Assembly (NCBI GenBank): GCA_965242965.1
Contig: OZ251518.1
Location: forward strand, 1,952,001 to 2,016,000
From: Candidatus Poribacteria bacterium
Lineage (GTDB): Bacteria > Poribacteria > WGA-4E > WGA-3G
DNA length: 64,000 nt
Reading direction: 5' to 3'
The position numbers and the translations under genes were made by a program. This document shows, piece after piece, positions 59,663-64,000 of the stretch. The notes under the pieces were generated by a model. The model was not told where the DNA came from. It did not search any database and saw nothing but the letters and a program-made list of their open reading frames with translations. Positions within the stretch are counted from its first letter, which is position 1; every line of letters begins with the position of its first letter.

Positions 59663-60112
59663 TTGAGGGTGTTTCATAACTCAAGAAACCGTCCGGTTAC
59701 CGTAGCGCGGGGGCCTGTCCCCCGCGAGCATCCCGTAGGAGAGACCTCCCGGTCTCGATGCAATAGACTCGTTCGGGTGCAGGCGCACCCGAACTACAGA
59801 GCGGTTCGGTGGACCGCAGCATGGCGAGGGACAGGCCCTCGCCCTACGGTATGCGGCACGTTTTTTTCACCGTAGCGCGGGGGCCTGTCCCCCGCGATCG
59901 TTGTTTGGCGAGAGACAGGCCCTCGCCCTACGGTAACCCGGGCCGTTTTTTTTACCGTCGATCCGTTCGGGAGCAGGCGCTCCCGAACTACGGTCTTTTC
60001 CAAGGTCTGGGCATGGCGAGGGACAGGCCCTCGCCCTACGGTAACCCGGGCCGTTTTATCGTAGCGCGGGGCCTGTCCCCGCGACGTTGAGCGAATTATG
60101 AAACACCCTCAG
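59663..60112. mobile_element. MITE-like shell with REP cargo, flanked by TTAT
   Basis: TTAT-TTGAGGGTGTTTCATAA ... TTATGAAACACCCTCAG-TTAT. Confidence 0.72.
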
Positions 60113-60126
60113 TTATTTATTTCTAT

Positions 60127-60155
60127 TTGACAATTTCGTGCAAATAATGTATAAT
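60127..60155 (+). promoter_or_regulatory. sigma70 promoter of argJ
   Basis: TTGACA-N17-TATAAT. Confidence 0.75.
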
Positions 60156-60187
60156 TTATTCCACATTAAACTTTTAGGAGCGTTTTG

Positions 60188-61393
60188 ATGAAAAAGATAG
60201 ATGGCGGTATCACGGCGGCTACCGGGGTGCGCGCCGCAGGCGTGCATGCAGGACTCAAAAAATCAGGCAAGAAAGATGTAGCCATCATCGTAACGGATAC
60301 GCCTGCCGTTGCAGCCGGTGTCTTCACGAAGAATAGCGTCACCGCCGCACCTGTGCAGTTGTGCCGCCAGCACCTCGCCGATGCAACAGCGCAAGCGATA
60401 ATTGTCAACAGCGGGAATGCTAATGCTTGCACCGGCGAGCGCGGTATGACGAACGCGCAACAGATGGCAGCATTAACAGCCGAACACCTCGGGCTATCGG
60501 CAGAACGCGTCCTCGTCTCCTCAACCGGCGTGATAGGACAGCAGTTACCGATGGACACAATCGCGAACGGCATTCAACTCGCTGTCGATGCACTTAGCAC
60601 CGAAGGAGGAAGTGATGCCGCCGAGGCGATTATGACGACAGATACGCACCCCAAATCGGGCGCGGTTGAGGTAGAAATTGCCGGCGCACCGGTGAGAATC
60701 GGCGGGATTGCGAAAGGCTCAGGCATGATTGCGCCGAACATGGCGACAATGCTCTCGTTCCTGACGACAGATGCGTGCATCACGGGCGAAACGCTCCAAG
60801 CCGCGCTCACTCGGGTCGTTGACGACACCTATAATCTGCTCACGATAGATACCGACCGGAGCACGAATGACACGGTGTTGCTTCTCGCGACAGGGAAGGC
60901 AGGCAACCCTGAAATCGCTGAAACTGACAGCGAAAATTACGAGGCATTTTGTGCAGGACTAGCGTTCGTCTGCACTGAATTGACGAAGATGCTCGCGCGC
61001 GATGGCGAAGGCGCGACGAAACTAGTGGAAGTTGTCGTCACGAACGCGAAGAATCGCGCGGATGCGGAGAAAGCGGCGCGCGCTGTCGCAGAATCGCCTC
61101 TCGTCAAAACCGCAGTCTTCGCCAACGATGCCAACTGGGGACGCATCATGATGGCCATCGGCAAGTCGGATGCGGAATTCCATCCCTATCAGGTGGATGT
61201 ATGGCTCGGCGACTATCAACTCGTCAAAGATGGCATGGATGCCGGGTTTGACGAGGAAAAGGCAACGGAGCTGTTCTCGCAAGATCCGGTGCGGATTACC
61301 ATCGATTTGCGCGCCGGTGACGCAGAAATAACGATGTGGACGTGCGATTATTCCTACGATTACATCCGCATTAACGCCGATTATCGCACCTAA
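60188..61393 (+). CDS. argJ: Bifunctional ornithine acetyltransferase/N-acetylglutamate synthase
   Basis: NSGNANACTG, STGVIG, KGSGMIAPNMATML, STND, DGEGATK, YIRINADYRT. Confidence 0.97.
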   Translation: MKKIDGGITAATGVRAAGVHAGLKKSGKKDVAIIVTDTPAVAAGVFTKNSVTAAPVQLCRQHLADATAQAIIVNSGNANACTGERGMTNAQQMAALTAEHLGLSAERVLVSSTGVIGQQLPMDTIANGIQLAVDALSTEGGSDAAEAIMTTDTHPKSGAVEVEIAGAPVRIGGIAKGSGMIAPNMATMLSFLTTDACITGETLQAALTRVVDDTYNLLTIDTDRSTNDTVLLLATGKAGNPEIAETDSENYEAFCAGLAFVCTELTKMLARDGEGATKLVEVVVTNAKNRADAEKAARAVAESPLVKTAVFANDANWGRIMMAIGKSDAEFHPYQVDVWLGDYQLVKDGMDAGFDEEKATELFSQDPVRITIDLRAGDAEITMWTCDYSYDYIRINADYRT

Positions 61394-61447
61394 TTGCATA
61401 TTTTTGCAAAAATTCTTGACAAAAAGGTCGAATTTTGTTATTTTAAT

Positions 61448-61476
61448 TTGACATTCGCGCGAAAATGTGGTATACT
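61448..61476 (+). promoter_or_regulatory. tRNA operon promoter
   Basis: TTGACA-N17-TATACT with extended TG. Confidence 0.75.
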
Positions 61477-61529
61477 ATATAAGCATTTGGAAATATGCAC
61501 GGGTTTGCGCGCATGTTTCATAAATTTAT

Positions 61530-61601
61530 GCGGGAGTAGCTCAGTGGTAGAGCTCCACCTTGCCAAGGTGGAGGTCGCGAGTTCAAATCTCGTCTCCCGC
61601 T
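61530..61601 (+). tRNA. tRNA-Gly(GCC)
   Basis: GCGGGAG/CTCCCGC acceptor, CCACC-TTGCCAA-GGTGG anticodon arm, GTTCAAAT T-loop; CCA not encoded. Confidence 0.95.
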
Positions 61602-61624
61602 TTTGCCTATCGGGTGTGTTCAGA

Positions 61625-61822
61625 TTGCATCGAGACCGGCTTGATTTCTGTAGGTAAAGAGCGCCTGCTCTTTACTGCATCGAGACCAGGAGGTCTCTCC
61701 TACTGGTTTGATTTTTGTAGGTAAAGAGTGCCTACTCTTTACTGCATTGAGACCGGGAGGTCTCTCCTACCGAGAAATTGAGACCGGGAGAGGTGTATCG
61801 AGACCAGGAGGTCTCTCCTACC
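61625..61822. repeat. REP cluster between tRNA-Gly and tRNA-Cys
   Basis: GAGACCRGGAGGTCTCTCCTAC x3 and GTAGGTAAAGAG.GCCT.CTCTTTAC x2. Confidence 0.85.
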
Positions 61823-61831
61823 CAAAAATAT

Positions 61832-61903
61832 GGTGGCGTAGCCAAGTGGTAAGGCCAGAGTCTGCAAAACTCTTATGCGTCGGTTCGATTCCGACCGCCA
61901 CCT
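61832..61903 (+). tRNA. tRNA-Cys(GCA)
   Basis: GGTGGCG/CGCCACC acceptor, AGAGT-CTGCAAA-ACTCT, GTTCGATT. Confidence 0.95.
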
Positions 61904-61914
61904 TCACTCCTCAC

Positions 61915-61988
61915 GGGCGGTTAGCTCAGGTGGCTAGAGCGTTTGCTTGACATGCAAGAGGTCACAGGTTCAAGTCCTGTACCGCCCA
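61915..61988 (+). tRNA. tRNA-Val(GAC)
   Basis: GGGCGGT/ACCGCCC acceptor, TTGC-TTGACAT-GCAA, GTTCAAGT. Confidence 0.95.
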
Positions 61989-62059
61989 TTTCCTAATCGT
62001 TCAGTTTTCCCTTCCTATTCTATTCCTATCCACAAAATGCCACCTCCTCAATTTTTTTC

Positions 62060-62088
62060 TTGACATTTCCATATTTTTGTGGTATCAT
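62060..62088 (+). promoter_or_regulatory. sigma70 promoter of the ABC operon
   Basis: TTGACA-N17-TATCAT with extended TG. Confidence 0.65.
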
Positions 62089-62126
62089 TTTAACGTATCT
62101 TTTCACAAATGGTTAGAAAACGTTTT

Positions 62127-63086
62127 ATGATTGAAGTCAGACAACTCACAAAATCTTACGGGCCGACTATCGCTGTCAACAACGTCTCGTTTGATGCCCG
62201 CGCAGGCGAGGTGCTCGGATTTCTCGGCCCCAACGGTGCGGGGAAGACGACGACAATGCGCATCCTCACCTGTTACCTCGCCGCGGATGCAGGCAGTGCT
62301 ACCGTCGCCGGTTACGACGTATTTGAGGAATCGGTAGATGTCCGCAAGTCCATCGGATACTTGCCGGAGAGCGCGCCGCTTTATACGGACATGGGAGTCA
62401 TCGAATACCTGAACTTCATGACGCAGGTGCGAAGTCTTCCTAAAAGTCAACGCAAAGAGCGCATCCGTGCTGTCGTTGAGCTTTGCGGGCTTGAGGACGT
62501 TATCCAAAAGGACATCGGCGAGCTCTCGAAAGGTTACCGTCAACGCGTCGGATTAGCGCAAAGCCTTATCCATGATCCGCCTATCATGATCTTGGATGAG
62601 CCTACGTCCGGACTGGACCCGAGCCAAATCATTGAAATCCGCAATCTGATTAAGGACATCGGGCAAGAGAAGTTGGTGCTTTTCAGCACGCATATTTTGC
62701 CGGAGGTTTCGGCTACCTGTACCCGCATCCTCATCATCAACGATGGGAAGATTGTGGCGAACGGGACACCGGCAGAACTCGCGGGACAAGCGAGAGGCGA
62801 GGAGATTGTGCATATTTCCATCCGCGGCCCACAAGCAGAAATTGAGGCAAAATTGGACGCGCTGGAATTCGTCTCGCAATGGGCACCCATTGACGCTGAC
62901 CCGGACGATGGCGTAGTTGACACGGACGATGGCGTAGTCGGCTACCGCGTTACGGCGGCGCAAGGAAGCGATGCCGCGGAGGCACTGTTTCACGTCGTCG
63001 TGGATAACCGGTGGAGTTTGACAGAGCTCCACCAAGAATCGGTTGACTTGGAGGATGTATTCCTGAATTTGACGGTGCGCGAATAG
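62127..63086 (+). CDS. ABC transporter ATP-binding protein (GldA-like)
   Basis: GPNGAGKTT, LSKGYRQR, ILDEPTSGLD. Confidence 0.93.
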   Translation: MIEVRQLTKSYGPTIAVNNVSFDARAGEVLGFLGPNGAGKTTTMRILTCYLAADAGSATVAGYDVFEESVDVRKSIGYLPESAPLYTDMGVIEYLNFMTQVRSLPKSQRKERIRAVVELCGLEDVIQKDIGELSKGYRQRVGLAQSLIHDPPIMILDEPTSGLDPSQIIEIRNLIKDIGQEKLVLFSTHILPEVSATCTRILIINDGKIVANGTPAELAGQARGEEIVHISIRGPQAEIEAKLDALEFVSQWAPIDADPDDGVVDTDDGVVGYRVTAAQGSDAAEALFHVVVDNRWSLTELHQESVDLEDVFLNLTVRE

Positions 63087-63170
63087 CGCGCTTTAGCAGC
63101 GGTTTGACGCGCCGTGAGCGGTTGCGAGGGACAGGCCCTCGCGCTACGGATTGGGTATTTACTATAGATT

Positions 63171-63887
63171 ATGACGAACATCACAGCTATCCTTAAAAAG
63201 GAATTTAGAAGCTACTTCAATTCGCCTATCGCCTACATTTTTATCACCTTTTTCTTGGGCATTTCTTCGTGGCTATTTTACCGCGGCTTCTTCCTGATTA
63301 ACCAAGCCGAGATGCGCGGGTTTTTCGGGTTAATGCCGTGGCTCTTCCTGTTTTTCGTCCCCGCTGTCACGATGAAACTCTGGGCGGAAGAAAAGAAACT
63401 GGGGACGGTTGAAATCCTGATGACGCTGCCGATTCGGGACTACGAAGTCGTCATCGGCAAGTATCTGGCGAGTTACGCGCTGCTGGCTGTCACGGTGCTA
63501 CTCTCACTCGTCCTTCCGCTGTCAGTCAGCATTCTCGGTAATCCGGATGGCGGCACGATTCTCAGCGGTTACATCGGGTTGTTGCTGATGGGCGGTGCCT
63601 ACCTCGCGATAGGACTCTTCGCTTCAACGCTGACAGAGAACCAGATTATCGCCTTTATTTTAGGGATTACCGCCTGTTTCGGGATGCTAATCATCGGCGA
63701 AGACATCGTGCTTTTCAACGCGCCGAATTGGCTCTTCCCGATTTTCAGTTATCTGGGACTCGGCGCGCATTACAGTAGTATTCTGCGCGGCGTGCTGGAC
63801 TCCCGCGATATTCTCTACTATCTCTCGGTTATCGGGTTCTTTCTCACACTCAGTTCAATATCCGTTGAGAGTAGAAAATGGAGATAG
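63171..63887 (+). CDS. ABC transporter permease (GldF-like)
   Basis: KEFRSYFNSPIAY, AEEKKLGTVEIL, RGVLDSRD. Confidence 0.9.
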   Translation: MTNITAILKKEFRSYFNSPIAYIFITFFLGISSWLFYRGFFLINQAEMRGFFGLMPWLFLFFVPAVTMKLWAEEKKLGTVEILMTLPIRDYEVVIGKYLASYALLAVTVLLSLVLPLSVSILGNPDGGTILSGYIGLLLMGGAYLAIGLFASTLTENQIIAFILGITACFGMLIIGEDIVLFNAPNWLFPIFSYLGLGAHYSSILRGVLDSRDILYYLSVIGFFLTLSSISVESRKWR

Positions 63888-64000
63888 ACGCGGATACAGG
63901 CGCAGCCGATAGCTCGGGTTTGGCGAGAACGTGTGCATCGCCAACGGCGGTGCCGGTTCCGGCAAGAAGGGACACCCCTAGAGGCTTTGCGCCAATACGA

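Noticed and set aside
61530-62100. tRNA-anchored genomic island or prophage
   Set aside because: No integrase and no duplicated tRNA 3' end seen in the window
1-64000. Autonomous transposase, RAYT, integron integrase or reverse transcriptase explaining the repeats
   Set aside because: No HUH, DDE, tyrosine recombinase or RT motifs recognised in the ORFs provided

Overview
Bacterial chromosomal window whose gene repertoire (LamG, TPR, Gfo/Idh/MocA, sulfatase, paralogous ABC permeases) suggests a Candidatus Poribacteria-like organism (inference). Housekeeping blocks: ffh-rpsP-khpA-trmD-rplS-rnhB, argJ, tRNA-Gly/Cys/Val, and a cysK/M-cysH-sulfur carrier-JAMM-NIL operon. Accessory loci: a tandem-duplicated HigB toxin plus HigA-N/TPR fusion (one toxin copy frameshifted), a helicase-less type ISP/IIG-like R-M protein, and a radical SAM/Mrp operon in which three proteins share a C-terminal PCP_red-like domain. 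That operon is interrupted by a TIR-TPR/TIGR02391/unknown cassette and a decayed ParE-like TA pair missed by the ORF track. Most intergenic regions are filled with a layered repeat system: several GTAG-initiated REP-like hairpin families, a ~170-bp GGTCC-rich palindrome, and ~16-bp terminal inverted repeats that bracket REP clusters like a MITE shell. REPs are also inserted in frame in genes and supply several stop codons. No transposase/RAYT or CRISPR was found. Family calls come from motif recognition only; no searches were run.
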